DNA of 55,360 nucleotides from Mycobacterium sp. (lineage in GTDB: Bacteria; Actinomycetota; Actinomycetes; Mycobacteriales; Mycobacteriaceae). This document shows, one piece after another, positions 1-9,087 of the stretch. The notes beneath the pieces were generated by a model. It ran no database searches, had not been told where the DNA came from, and worked only from the letters and a program-made list of their open reading frames with translations. Numbering within the stretch: position 1 is the first letter of the stretch; each line of letters begins with the position of its first letter. The stretch is taken from assembly GCA_029256565.1 (NCBI GenBank), contig JAQSXQ010000001.1, positions 1 to 55,360 on the forward strand, written 5' to 3'. Position numbers and translations under genes: made by a program.

Positions 1-176
1 CTTACCTGGCAGGCAATGCCGATCTCGCCCAGTTCGGCTCGCCTGGAGTCCAATTGTCAAATTGCGGGGGAGGGGTATTGCTCTCGGTGCAGAAAGCTTG
101 CATTGAGGTGTCGCTGGAGGACTTGATGGGGGCTCAAAGGATCGCCGAGCGCATTTGGGCGACGTTGAGGACTTAG
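1..176 (+). CDS. 3' end of a gene entering from the left (unknown, lower GC)
   Basis: Open frame from nt 3 to TAG at 174-176 (YLAGNADLAQFG...ERIWATLRT*). Visibly lower GC than the rest of the window. No recognisable motif. Confidence 0.3.
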   Translation, partial: YLAGNADLAQFGSPGVQLSNCGGGVLLSVQKACIEVSLEDLMGAQRIAERIWATLRT

Positions 177-408
177 CACGACCTCTCGTGCTGGTCTGTC
201 GCCGCGCTAGAACCCGGCTACTAGTTCCTGCGACGGTTCAGGCGTGCGTAGGTACATGTCCCGCGCGAGCGCCGACGGTGCCTTGAGTTGCCTCGGCGTG
301 TCCGGGGTGTCCCACGGGCCGATGCCCGCGGCGACCAATGTCTAGGATGAGCTCTCCGTGGCCGGTCTGGCGTGGCTCGGGAAGATCGAGGATCTCTAGG
401 TCACCTTC

Positions 409-814
409 GGAACCTGACTCGGTTCCCCGGACGGGTTCTGGTGGTTGATCATGCCGCGAGCTCTGCCGCGGCGTGAGGGATTTCGAACTCGGTGGGGCTG
501 CGGTAGCCGAGTCCGGAGTGTCGGCTCCCGGGGTTGTAGAAGCCCTCGGTCCACTCGGCGAAGTACGCCGTCGTGCGCTTCAGGATCTTGTTCTGGCCAT
601 CTCCAGCACACGGGTCCGGCGACGCGGCTCGACCAACTCCTTGCGCTCCTCGGACGTCAGGCCGTCGCGCCGACCGGCACCGGCGTATCACCGCCCGGGC
701 CAGGTCCACCGCTCTACGCCGAAACTCCGGCGGCTTGGCTGCAGGCATCGCGGACTCCTCTCCCGAGGCGATCATCGCCTCAGACCGGATGTCCGGGAAA
801 GCGGGTCGGGCTCC
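409..814 (-). mobile_element. Internally deleted IS3-family element (MITE-like, ~406 bp)
   Basis: Imperfect 24-bp terminal inverted repeats at 409-432 and 791-814 (19/24 match). The ORF fuses the OrfA start (MPAAKPPEFRRRAVDLAR), the OrfA end (ILKRTTAYFA) and the OrfB tail (EGFYNPGSRHSGLGYRSPTEFE). No DDE core. Confidence 0.8.
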
Positions 815-865
815 CGTAGCAGAGGTCGCGCCGACGGTGCGTCCCAGTGCGTGCCCTTCTCACGT

Positions 866-1933
866 CTATCGGTCGAGTCCGGTGTGCTGAACCCGGACCG
901 CGCGGCCGCGGGATTTGCGGGCCTTCGGGCCGCGGCCCGCGGTCTTGAACGCCACGGCGTCGGTGGCGGGCCGGGCTTGGCTGACGTCGGCGCGCATCCG
1001 GGTTTCGATGACGTCGCTAGGGATGCCGTTGGCGCGTAGTTCGCTTGCGGTGGCGTCGCGGCGTTCGGCGGTGTCGTACGTGGCACGCTCGTCCGCGCGT
1101 GCCCGGTCGCCGAAGGCGTCCCGCTCGGCGGCTTCGGCGGCCGCTTGCGCGCGCTCGTCGGGGTCTGGTTCGTGCTCAGCGGCGCTCCGCGCTTGGTCCG
1201 CCAGCCGGTCCTCGCGGTCGGCCTGCTGCATGAGCCGTTGGGCCTCGGCGTGCTCCGCCGCGGCGCGGTGGCGTTCCTTCTCGGCAGCCGCGATTGCCAC
1301 GAGCTCCGCCTGGCTCATCAGGTGCGGGAACTTTGACGCGATCGCGAGATCGACGCCGGGGTCCTTGCCCTTCCACGCCAGCACGTCACGCATTCCGCCG
1401 CGTCCGACCAGTCCCAAGTCGGCGTCCGCCGGCAGGCGGTCGATCAGCGCCAGCGCGTCGTCCTTCGTGAGCACGCGGACCGGCTGCGAGCCGTCGAGCT
1501 CGTCGCGGGCCTCGAACCGCGGCCCGGGCGTGCGGGCGTCGCGCTCGGCCTGCGACCGCTCCGCGAGGCCGTCGGGGTCCAGCCCGTAGCGCGCGCGCAT
1601 CTCGGTGCGCATGTGCTCCTCGGCGCGCACCGCGTCCGGGTCCTCACGCGCCCACGCCCTGGCGACCTGATATGTCTGGGCGACCTGTTCCGCGGATGCC
1701 CGGTCCCACCAGTCCGAGCGGTAGACGTTGCCGAGCTCGACGCGGGCGGCGCGCCGCTCGACCTCGAACCGGGACTGCATCTCGCGGGCCTGCTGCTCGC
1801 TACGTGCCTGGGCGCGTCGCAGCGCCTGCTCGCGCATCCGTGCGAGGCGTTCCCCGACCTGCCCGGCGGCGGTGACCAGCACGCGTAGCTGGCCCTCGAA
1901 CGCCTCCTCGATGCCGTCGCTCTCCTCAGCCAT
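866..1933 (-). CDS. Mobilisation-associated alpha-helical/coiled-coil hypothetical protein
   Basis: 355 aa, starts 13 nt after the relaxase stop with a GGAGG RBS. Ala/Glu/Arg-rich, ends in a basic tail ...HTGLDR. Confidence 0.75.
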   Translation of the reverse strand: MAEESDGIEEAFEGQLRVLVTAAGQVGERLARMREQALRRAQARSEQQAREMQSRFEVERRAARVELGNVYRSDWWDRASAEQVAQTYQVARAWAREDPDAVRAEEHMRTEMRARYGLDPDGLAERSQAERDARTPGPRFEARDELDGSQPVRVLTKDDALALIDRLPADADLGLVGRGGMRDVLAWKGKDPGVDLAIASKFPHLMSQAELVAIAAAEKERHRAAAEHAEAQRLMQQADREDRLADQARSAAEHEPDPDERAQAAAEAAERDAFGDRARADERATYDTAERRDATASELRANGIPSDVIETRMRADVSQARPATDAVAFKTAGRGPKARKSRGRAVRVQHTGLDR

Positions 1934-1946
1934 GACCTGCCCCCTC

Positions 1947-3659
1947 CTATCGCTCCGGGCCGCGCTCTGCGCCCGGCTGGACCGTGTGCCGTCGCCGTGC
2001 CGCCTCGAGGTCTGCCGGCAGCGGCGACGCCGTCGTACCCGCGTCCGTATGTCCCGCGTTGAGCCGGTCGAGCACGGCCTGCGCCTGCGGGTCGAGCACC
2101 GTCATCGTCGGCGCCGGCGCGGTGACCGTCGCCGTGCCGCCGCCGCTATGCGTCAGGCCCGGCAGAGCCTCGCGCACGCGCACGAGCCGTGCCCGGGTGT
2201 CCTCGGCGAGCAGGCGCGCATGACGCTCCTGCTGTGCCGCGATCGCCGCGCCGTGCACTGCCTGGGTGAGCCGGAGCAGCTGACGGATCATCGCGGCCTG
2301 CGCGACGGTCCCGTGCCCGCCGCGGGCCGCGCTCGCCAGGAGCATCGCCGCACCCGAGATGGCGATCGTGCCGGCCTTGTCCGGGCGTACCGTGCGTCGG
2401 TGCGTCTGGGCCGAGCGGGACAGCGCGTCGGCAGCCGCGGCGAGATCTCCGGGCGTCTCCTCGGTCGCGTTCGACCATGCGGCGAACGCGCCCGCGGTCT
2501 GGCGCGCGACGGTCGCCCACATGTCCCGATCCTCGACCGGAACCGACCGCAACCGGTCGACGAGCGCGCGCAGCTCGTCGTGCTGCTTGGCCCACATCTC
2601 GGGGTCCGGCTCGGTCGTCTCGCGACCCGCGGACACGACCCGTCGGCCGCGCTTGGCGGCGTTCCACTCGGCCGCCGCGTCGCTGGCTCCGGTCGGTGTG
2701 TCGGGCCACCCGTCGCGCAGGCGGGGCAGGGACAGGTCGCGTGCGAGGTGGCCGCCGCCGTACCAGATCGGTCGCTCGCCGGCCTGCGGCCGCTCGGCCA
2801 CCGAGTAGCCCGTGACGACGTCCGTGCGCCCGTCGGCGAACCGGGCCCGGACCAGCAGTCCGGCGCGGCGCATGCGGCGCACGAACTCGGCCTCGTCCTG
2901 GCTCGCGCTCGCGCACCCGCGCACCTTGAGCGCGAGCAGGTACCGGGGCTGGTCGGTGCGCAGCTCGGACGCGACGCGCGCCTGTCGGTCCGCCCCCGGC
3001 AGCGCCGCCCAGGCCGGTACGCGCCCGCCCTCGACGCGGCTCGCTCGCTCATACTTGGCCTGCGCCCGTGCACGCGCCTGCGCCTCGCGCTCGGCGGGGT
3101 CGTAGCCGCGCGTCGAGCGCTCCGCCCGTACCGACTCCAGCTGCTCCAGGCCGTGCTTCACCTCGAGCGCGCGCACCGCGGTCTGGGCGCGCCGGAAGTC
3201 GTTGTGCACCGACGCCTTCGTGCCGTCCTCGCGCACGAGGTTCACGCCGAGGTGGATGTGGTCGTTGCCGTTCGTCGAGACACCGTGACGCACGGCGACC
3301 CACCGGCACGGCGCCTTCGTGCCGTCGTTGTCGTCGAACCCCATCGCGCGCACGAAGTCGTTCGCGATCGCGTTCCACTGCTCGTCGGTGAGCGTGCCCT
3401 CATCGGCGCGCAGCGACAGGGAGCAGTGCCACACGTGACCACCGGTCACCTGCACGTCGTAGGCCGTGCGCGGCTGGTCCAGGTGGTGCGCGATCCGCAT
3501 CGCCGCGTCGCGCCCGAGCTCGTCGTCGTTGTGCCACGCCATCAGCGCCGCGTCGCCCGCGACCAGGTGCGGCTCGGTGTGCTCGTTGGCACGGCCCGGT
3601 CCGGCGAGGTAGCTCATCAGTCCGGCCATGCGATCGCCCCGGACGACGTTGGGCATCAC
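1947..3659 (-). CDS. Relaxase (MobA/VirD2-like relaxase/mobilisation nuclease domain, MOB_P-like)
   Basis: N-terminal Tyr motif (LMSYLAGPG), motif II HVWHCSLSL, HUH motif HG...DHIHLGVNLV. Start overlaps the mobC stop. Confidence 0.92.
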   Translation of the reverse strand: MMPNVVRGDRMAGLMSYLAGPGRANEHTEPHLVAGDAALMAWHNDDELGRDAAMRIAHHLDQPRTAYDVQVTGGHVWHCSLSLRADEGTLTDEQWNAIANDFVRAMGFDDNDGTKAPCRWVAVRHGVSTNGNDHIHLGVNLVREDGTKASVHNDFRRAQTAVRALEVKHGLEQLESVRAERSTRGYDPAEREAQARARAQAKYERASRVEGGRVPAWAALPGADRQARVASELRTDQPRYLLALKVRGCASASQDEAEFVRRMRRAGLLVRARFADGRTDVVTGYSVAERPQAGERPIWYGGGHLARDLSLPRLRDGWPDTPTGASDAAAEWNAAKRGRRVVSAGRETTEPDPEMWAKQHDELRALVDRLRSVPVEDRDMWATVARQTAGAFAAWSNATEETPGDLAAAADALSRSAQTHRRTVRPDKAGTIAISGAAMLLASAARGGHGTVAQAAMIRQLLRLTQAVHGAAIAAQQERHARLLAEDTRARLVRVREALPGLTHSGGGTATVTAPAPTMTVLDPQAQAVLDRLNAGHTDAGTTASPLPADLEAARRRHTVQPGAERGPER

Positions 3660-4054
3660 GGCCGACTCAGCCCGTCGATCGTCGCGTCGATCCGCTCGGC
3701 GAGACGGCGCACCGACCGCAGCGTCTCGACCATCTCGTCCTGCACCTCGCCGGTCGCGTTGGTCGCCTTCGCCATCTGGTTGACGTTGTTCGACACCGCA
3801 GCCAACAGGCGGTGCAGACCGAAGAGCTGAGCCATCGCGTTGCGACGCTCGGTCGGGGTCTCCGACGTGCCAGACGCCAACGCGGACTCCACGAGAAGGC
3901 GCGGCACGGTCACGCGTTGCTCGTGCGCCAGGCGAAGCAGCATGCCCTCTTCCTCGGGCGTGACCTTCACCTCGTGGCGGTGCTGTCGACCGCCCACGAC
4001 GTTCGCGCGTCGACGTCGGGCGAACTGCCGCGAACGAGGGGCCTCGTCGCTCAT
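3656..4054 (-). CDS. mobC: Relaxosome accessory protein MobC (RHH)
   Basis: From ATG 4054: RHH-like HEVKVTPEEEGML, then LAAVSNNVNQMAKATN (MobC NNxNQ motif). ATGA overlap with the relaxase. Confidence 0.88.
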   Translation of the reverse strand: MSDEAPRSRQFARRRRANVVGGRQHRHEVKVTPEEEGMLLRLAHEQRVTVPRLLVESALASGTSETPTERRNAMAQLFGLHRLLAAVSNNVNQMAKATNATGEVQDEMVETLRSVRRLAERIDATIDGLSRP

Positions 4055-4154
4055 GCGTTCCACCCGCCCTTCAGCCCAGCGCAGCGACCCCGCCCCGTGC
4101 GGGGACCACACGTCCAGTGTGCCAGTGGCCGGCGGAACCGTCCACTGATCGAGC

Positions 4155-4183
4155 CACTTAGCCATGCTAAGTGTATAGCTTGC
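4155..4183 (+). promoter_or_regulatory. Candidate oriT (inverted repeat plus nic-like site)
   Basis: Perfect 8-bp IR CACTTAGC-CAT-GCTAAGTG followed directly by TATAGCTTG/C, resembling MOB_P-type nic sequences. About 100 nt upstream of mobC in a divergent intergenic gap. Confidence 0.6.
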
Positions 4184-4309
4184 TCCGTCCGGGACGCCTT
4201 GGGTGCGCGTCGCGCGCGGTGCGATGGCCGTGCTTGCGGCGAGCCGCGACGGGCGCCGTGCCGGCGCGTTGGGGTTCCGCGTTGGGTACCGCTCTCGTAC
4301 GCTCAGACC

Positions 4310-4651
4310 ATGGCAAAGACACTGAGCGTGGATGAAGCACTGGAGCGTGCACAGCGCGCACAGGAAGCACGCATGGGGGCCATTCGCGTCGTCGCTGAAG
4401 CACGGCAGAGCGTCACGGACGTCCGCGAGGAGACCGACCGCGAGCTTGCCGAGTTTCACCGTCGCATCAGCGAGCGGATCGCGGCTGCCGAGCGCGAGGA
4501 CGTGCGTGCTTTCAACGCTGCGCTGAGCGCAGGCTGGACGGTCGACGAGCTGCGCAGAATCGGCTTCACCGAGCCGGACAAGAAGATCCGCACCCGACGT
4601 CGCGCCGCCAAGCGCGACGTCTCGGTGCAGGACGCAGCGAGCGACAACTGA
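4310..4651 (+). CDS. Small coiled-coil hypothetical protein divergent from mobC
   Basis: 113 aa from ATG 4310 (MAKTLSVDEALERAQ...AGWTVDELRRIG), natural helical composition. Confidence 0.7.
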   Translation: MAKTLSVDEALERAQRAQEARMGAIRVVAEARQSVTDVREETDRELAEFHRRISERIAAAEREDVRAFNAALSAGWTVDELRRIGFTEPDKKIRTRRRAAKRDVSVQDAASDN

Positions 4652-4659
4652 CCCCCGCG

Positions 4660-4848
4660 GTGATGGCCGCGCGGAGCGACGGCGAGTACACGACTCCGGC
4701 CGAGATGGCACGGGAGATCAACATCTCCCGTGCGGCGATGTACGCATGGCTCGCGCAGCCTTTCCTTGGTCCGTGGACGGTCGACAGGGTGAAATTCGTA
4801 CCGTCTGGGCGGTTGCACGATCTGCTGACGCGTAGCGTTCCCCCATGA
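4660..4848 (+). CDS. Small HTH protein or remnant, paralogous to the N-terminus of 12188-12601
   Basis: TPAEMAREINISRAAMYAWL versus TPTELAAEVGVSRAAVYAWL. Confidence 0.4.
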   Translation: MMAARSDGEYTTPAEMAREINISRAAMYAWLAQPFLGPWTVDRVKFVPSGRLHDLLTRSVPP

Positions 4849-5570
4849 CGACATCCTGGGCGCGCGCTGCAGCGCCGCTCGCCGCTCTCTTCCTGACCTC
4901 CGGCCTTCTTGCCAGTTGCTCCTCGGGCGCCGGTCCGACGTCGGTGCCGTCGGCCACAGAGCAGGAGACGACCAGCGCACCGACACAAACTCAGCCGGTC
5001 GAGAAGGCGCCCGCCGAGCCGACCGCGGAGATCGTCGAGTCCGGCTTTGGGCAGCCCAGCAACTCCGAGTACACGTGGGTGACCGCGCTCGTTCACAACG
5101 TCGGCGGCGTGGGGGAGTTCGCGACCGTGACGTTCAACCTGTACGGCGCGGACGACGCCCTGCTGGCCACGGTGGAACAGGTCGAGTCGTTCACCACCGA
5201 TGACGGCCTGACCGCTGTCGGCACGATGTCCGACGTCCTGAGCGCACCGGTCGCGCGCATCGAAGCCAACCTTGCCGTAAGCGACTACGGGAGCACCGAG
5301 CCGACGGCTTCGATCGCTCCTATCGAGTCGCCAGTACAGGACGGAGCCGCGTCGTTCGTCGTAACGAACACCACGAGCGAGGACTGGGGCGATCTACGAA
5401 TCGGCGTCATCTGTAAGGACGCCGCCGGCACGGTGGTCGGCGGCGGCTCAGCTTTCCCGTCGGGCATCCCTGCCGGGGGCGAGTACATGGTCAGCAGCAA
5501 CGACGCAATGCTCATGTTCGCTGACGCCGCGACGACGTGTACCGCCTACCCAACCGTGGCCGACTACTAG
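4845..5570 (+). CDS. Lipoprotein (beta-rich, FxLYD-like domains)
   Basis: Signal peptide with lipobox LLAS-C, Thr/Pro linker, and FNLYGADD and CKDAAGTVVGG motifs. Confidence 0.75.
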   Translation: MTTSWARAAAPLAALFLTSGLLASCSSGAGPTSVPSATEQETTSAPTQTQPVEKAPAEPTAEIVESGFGQPSNSEYTWVTALVHNVGGVGEFATVTFNLYGADDALLATVEQVESFTTDDGLTAVGTMSDVLSAPVARIEANLAVSDYGSTEPTASIAPIESPVQDGAASFVVTNTTSEDWGDLRIGVICKDAAGTVVGGGSAFPSGIPAGGEYMVSSNDAMLMFADAATTCTAYPTVADY

Positions 5571-5720
5571 TACCAGGGCCAGTCCGGACCGACGTCCTGA
5601 CTACGAGGCGGTGCGCGGGCAACGACACCCGCCCACCGTCCGTCTCGTGACAGACGAGCGCTGACTCCGCTGAGACCTGACCATCTGCTCTCACCCAGAA
5701 GACGGCGATGCCGCGCTCGG

Positions 5721-5781
5721 TGAGGGCCGGCTCGCCGACGAGGAGTGGAACGCGATCGCGAACGACTTCGTGCGCGCCATG
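5721..5781 (+). repeat. Inverted 61-bp copy of a relaxase fragment
   Basis: Matches the reverse complement of 3342-3402 at about 56/61 positions (EGxLxDEEWNAIANDFVRAM). Confidence 0.75.
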
Positions 5782-6352
5782 ACGCCCGCCACCGTCGAAG
5801 ACCGGCTCTACACCATCGCGCACCAGCGCGCCGGACACTCGGAAGACGAGGTCCGAACCGCGCCGCCACAGCTGGCTACGAAGCGTCCAAATCGTAAGTC
5901 GACTCCGTTTCGCCGGCGCGAACGCCAGACGCCGCCGACGTCCCTTAAGGCAGGCTTGGACCAGGAGCGCTAGGCATCACCCAGGGTCATGACTGCTCGG
6001 CCAGATCGCTGACGGGAGCATCGAGCTTCCCGCGGTCGTAGTCATTCCGCACCCATTGCCTGCCCGGCGGTGGCGTGGGTGGGGGCCAGTAACCTCTCGT
6101 CGTGACGACGAAGACGCGCCGCCCCACCGCCTGCCGAAGCACTGCAGGATGGCACCTTTGGGGCGTGAGTTCTGCACTGCCCCCTGTACGACATCGCCTG
6201 GGTGGGTGCTCGCCGTCGTCACCCGCGCCCTGGCAGGCGGCGCGTCGCTGCGAATCTACGACCCGGCGGACGTGACCCGCCTGCCCGAGCCGACCCACTA
6301 CGCCGTCGACCTGACCAACGTGGGATGACCTCGGGGACAGTCCTCGTGGTGA

Positions 6353-7258
6353 CTACTCGTTCTCGGCCATCTCGTCGTCTTCGGTGACCGGGATCTCGCG
6401 GCGTTCCATCAGGCTCCGAACATGGACGTGTGCCGAAACTGGGGTAGCGGAGAGGATGTGGCTGATCATCACCTGCATGAACTGCTCAGGTCTGATGTCC
6501 TCGGGCACGTCGTCGAGTCTCACCTGCACGCCGTCCTCATCACCAGTTTCTCCTTCCCAGTCCACCAGGATGAGTCCGGTCGCGGTGTAGCCGTTGAGGC
6601 CGTGCGGATCACGAAGCTTGCGCATCATGTCGAGGGTGCGTTCGAAGGCGTCTCGCTCGCTTGTGAGGATCGTGGCTCGTTGTACGAACAGAAAGCCGAC
6701 GGCGGCAAGCGGGTAGCGGCTGCGAAGATTGCCGGCGTCGCCGTACGCCTCCTCGAACCGGTTACTCAAGTTCTTCCCGAAGGACGACGCCTGCGTCTTC
6801 GTGCTCAGCAGCATCTCAGGTCCGCGGTCCCAGCGTGCCAATGCTACATCGACCTGCTTCTCGTAGGCACGGCCAAGGAACTTGGCGTCCGAGGGACCGA
6901 CGGCCCGCAGCCCGTCCACCTTCTCGCGGACTTGCTCGGAGAGCTTGCTGGGGAGTTTGTCGAGGAGCACAGCGATGTCACGAGGCATGACACGGGGAAT
7001 CGTCGCCCTCGGCCAGATCTCGTCCGGGCTGAACCGGGCGCGACGAAACTCGTTCGCGATCCAGGAGTCAACACCGTTCGCGAGAACCCCCGTCGCAGAC
7101 TTCTTGCCCGCTGCAACTGGGATGGTCAACAACTTCTCAAGAAGACCGTAGTCAGGGGCGTACTGAGGGATCTCGTCCCGCGCATGGGTCCAAGGGTCGC
7201 CGCTCTGGTGGTTCGCCAGGATCGCGTCGAACACGCTAAATGCGTCGGTGCGGGCCAC
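6353..7258 (-). CDS. Type II restriction endonuclease, PD-(D/E)xK, XhoI/PaeR7I-like
   Basis: GTG start with AAGGAG RBS. KQVDV...STKTQASSFGKNLSNRFEEAYG resembles the XhoI-family KSQ..SFGNN..NR.EEA.G signature. Downstream of the MTase. Confidence 0.75.
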   Translation of the reverse strand: MARTDAFSVFDAILANHQSGDPWTHARDEIPQYAPDYGLLEKLLTIPVAAGKKSATGVLANGVDSWIANEFRRARFSPDEIWPRATIPRVMPRDIAVLLDKLPSKLSEQVREKVDGLRAVGPSDAKFLGRAYEKQVDVALARWDRGPEMLLSTKTQASSFGKNLSNRFEEAYGDAGNLRSRYPLAAVGFLFVQRATILTSERDAFERTLDMMRKLRDPHGLNGYTATGLILVDWEGETGDEDGVQVRLDDVPEDIRPEQFMQVMISHILSATPVSAHVHVRSLMERREIPVTEDDEMAENE

Positions 7259-7323
7259 GTCAGTTGGCTCCTTGAGTGTGCCGGTCGTCGATGTTGTTAG
7301 CGAGCCGCCAAGCGCTTGCGCGG

Positions 7324-8991
7324 CTACTTCGTGGTCCCGCGCGCAACTCGGCGTGCGGTTAGTTCGGCGTGCGCTTCCCGCAAGGTTCGGACGTCGCCTC
7401 GGCTCATGCCGAGTTCGCCAACGAGCAGGAGGTCGTCGACGAGGCGTGCGGCGTCGAGGAGCTTCCCGGAGCGCAGGAGGCGCCCGACCTGGGACCGTAC
7501 GGCGGTGAGCTTCGTCTCGGCGCCGGCGAGCAGCGCGGGGCTCGGGACGGGGAGTCGGTCGGCCTCGCGGGGCTCGATCTTGAGCATGCCCCCGCCGTAC
7601 GCGCGCCCGACGGTCTCGGCGCCGACGAGTGTCATGGAGTTCACCGACCCGAGTGGCAGGAGCGCGCGCCCCGTCGTGCGATGCTCGGGGCGCAGGTAGA
7701 CGCCATGCACGGAGTTCAGGTGGTGCGCCTTCGTCTCGTTCGTTGTCAGGCGCGGGGTGTCGGCGTTCATGTACGTGAGGAACAGGTCCGCCGGTGCGAG
7801 CAGCGGCACGCGCCACCACGGGGTACGGACCTTGCACTTGTAGGCGGTGTGCACGCCAGCCTTCTCCCCGGCCGCGATGTACTCCCACGCCGCCGGCGAC
7901 GGGTCGACGGGCCGGAAGAGGTACGTCGAGGAGCCGGCCTTGCCGAGCTCGGTGTGCGCGCGGGTGGTGAACGCGAGCCCGCGAAGGTGCTTGGATCCGG
8001 GCGGGGACAGGCGGATCACGTCGGACGCTGCGAGGCCGAGCTCGCTGACGCGCGCGGGTGACATCGCGAAGTAGCGGTTGTTCCCGGTGACCATGCCGAG
8101 GGTGGTGTCTCCCCAGTCCTCCAACACGGTGAAGCCCTCGCTGGTGGCCAGATCGGAGTATGCGCTGAGCGCTTCGGCCGACAGCAGCGACGGCGTCCAC
8201 TTGTCCTCGGGGCGGTGCGGGCGCCAGGTGCGCGCGATGGACAGCGTTGCGAGCTCGGCGGCGTTGCGGGCCTGGTAGACCGAAGCGTGCTCGGTCGGGC
8301 CCTCGTCGAAGCCGTCGGCCATGAGCAGGACGACCTCTTCCAGGACTCCGGGGAAGACGCGCTCGGTGAACAGGACGAGGTCGACGCGGGCGAAGCGCTC
8401 CATGAGGAAGCGGCGGACCTCACCGGCGTAGTTCACGCTCAGCAGCTCGGCGGGCAGGACGAGTCCGAGGCGGCCGCCCTTCTTGAGGAAGAGCGCGGCG
8501 TGGACGGTGAACGCGGCCCACGACGACGCGAGGCCGGTGAGGGAGACCCCGGCGCGCAGCGCGGCCGCGCGCGACAGAGCGCGTGAAGCGCCCGCGAAGT
8601 CCTGGTAGCGCACGTACGGCGGGTTCCCGATCACGGCGTCGTACGAGCCGGTGGGCTCGACGGTGAAGAAGTCGCCGGCGACGACCGTGGACGAGGCCGG
8701 GGCGGAGGAGAGGAGGCGTCGCGCGGCTGCGGCCGAGGCCTCGTGCAGCTCGACGCCGTCGAGCGCGGCGTCGTCGGGCGAGGTGCCCGCCGCGGTGCTC
8801 AGCGCGCCGATGCGGTCGGCGGCGGCCAGGAGGAAGGCAGCCTCACCGCACGACGGCTCGAGGACGTGGTCGGCGCCGGTGCGTACGGCCCACTCGGTGA
8901 CGTACGTCGCGATCGCGGGAGGGGTGAAGAACGCCCCGCGGGCCTTTCGCAGCTCGGCGGTGTCGGGTTCGTACGCGGCTGCCAGGGTCAC
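7324..8991 (-). CDS. N6-adenine DNA methyltransferase (gamma class)
   Basis: GAFFTP (motif X), VLEPSCGEAAF (motif I), NPPY (motif IV), C-terminal TRD region. Confidence 0.92.
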   Translation of the reverse strand: MTLAAAYEPDTAELRKARGAFFTPPAIATYVTEWAVRTGADHVLEPSCGEAAFLLAAADRIGALSTAAGTSPDDAALDGVELHEASAAAARRLLSSAPASSTVVAGDFFTVEPTGSYDAVIGNPPYVRYQDFAGASRALSRAAALRAGVSLTGLASSWAAFTVHAALFLKKGGRLGLVLPAELLSVNYAGEVRRFLMERFARVDLVLFTERVFPGVLEEVVLLMADGFDEGPTEHASVYQARNAAELATLSIARTWRPHRPEDKWTPSLLSAEALSAYSDLATSEGFTVLEDWGDTTLGMVTGNNRYFAMSPARVSELGLAASDVIRLSPPGSKHLRGLAFTTRAHTELGKAGSSTYLFRPVDPSPAAWEYIAAGEKAGVHTAYKCKVRTPWWRVPLLAPADLFLTYMNADTPRLTTNETKAHHLNSVHGVYLRPEHRTTGRALLPLGSVNSMTLVGAETVGRAYGGGMLKIEPREADRLPVPSPALLAGAETKLTAVRSQVGRLLRSGKLLDAARLVDDLLLVGELGMSRGDVRTLREAHAELTARRVARGTTK

Positions 8992-9041
8992 GGCGTCATT
9001 CTGCCGTACGCCCCCGTCAGGACCGGGAGAGCGGGTGACGA

Positions 9042-9084
9042 CACTCCGTGTCCCCTCGGCTCAGAGTCGAGGGGACACGGAGTG
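9042..9084 (-). terminator. 17-bp perfect stem-loop after the DndB-like gene
   Basis: CACTCCGTGTCCCCTCG-N9-CGAGGGGACACGGAGTG, 3 nt past the stop at 9088. Confidence 0.75.
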
Positions 9085-9087
9085 GTT

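Noticed and set aside
1728-3830. 700-aa plus-strand ORF, and similar long shadow ORFs (17059-20241, 20311-22524, 27710-29515, 11930-13888)
   Set aside because: They are antisense or off-frame to well-supported genes and Arg/Gly/Pro-rich, as expected from high GC.
5790-6330. Short ORFs between the lipoprotein and the REase
   Set aside because: Fragmentary, with no RBS or motif; treated as decayed sequence.
6353-8200. 615-aa REase fusion and other N-terminally extended ORFs (31865-34741, 49617-51551, 29885-31351)
   Set aside because: The extensions overlap upstream genes in another frame. Internal starts with an RBS or stop/start overlap fit better.
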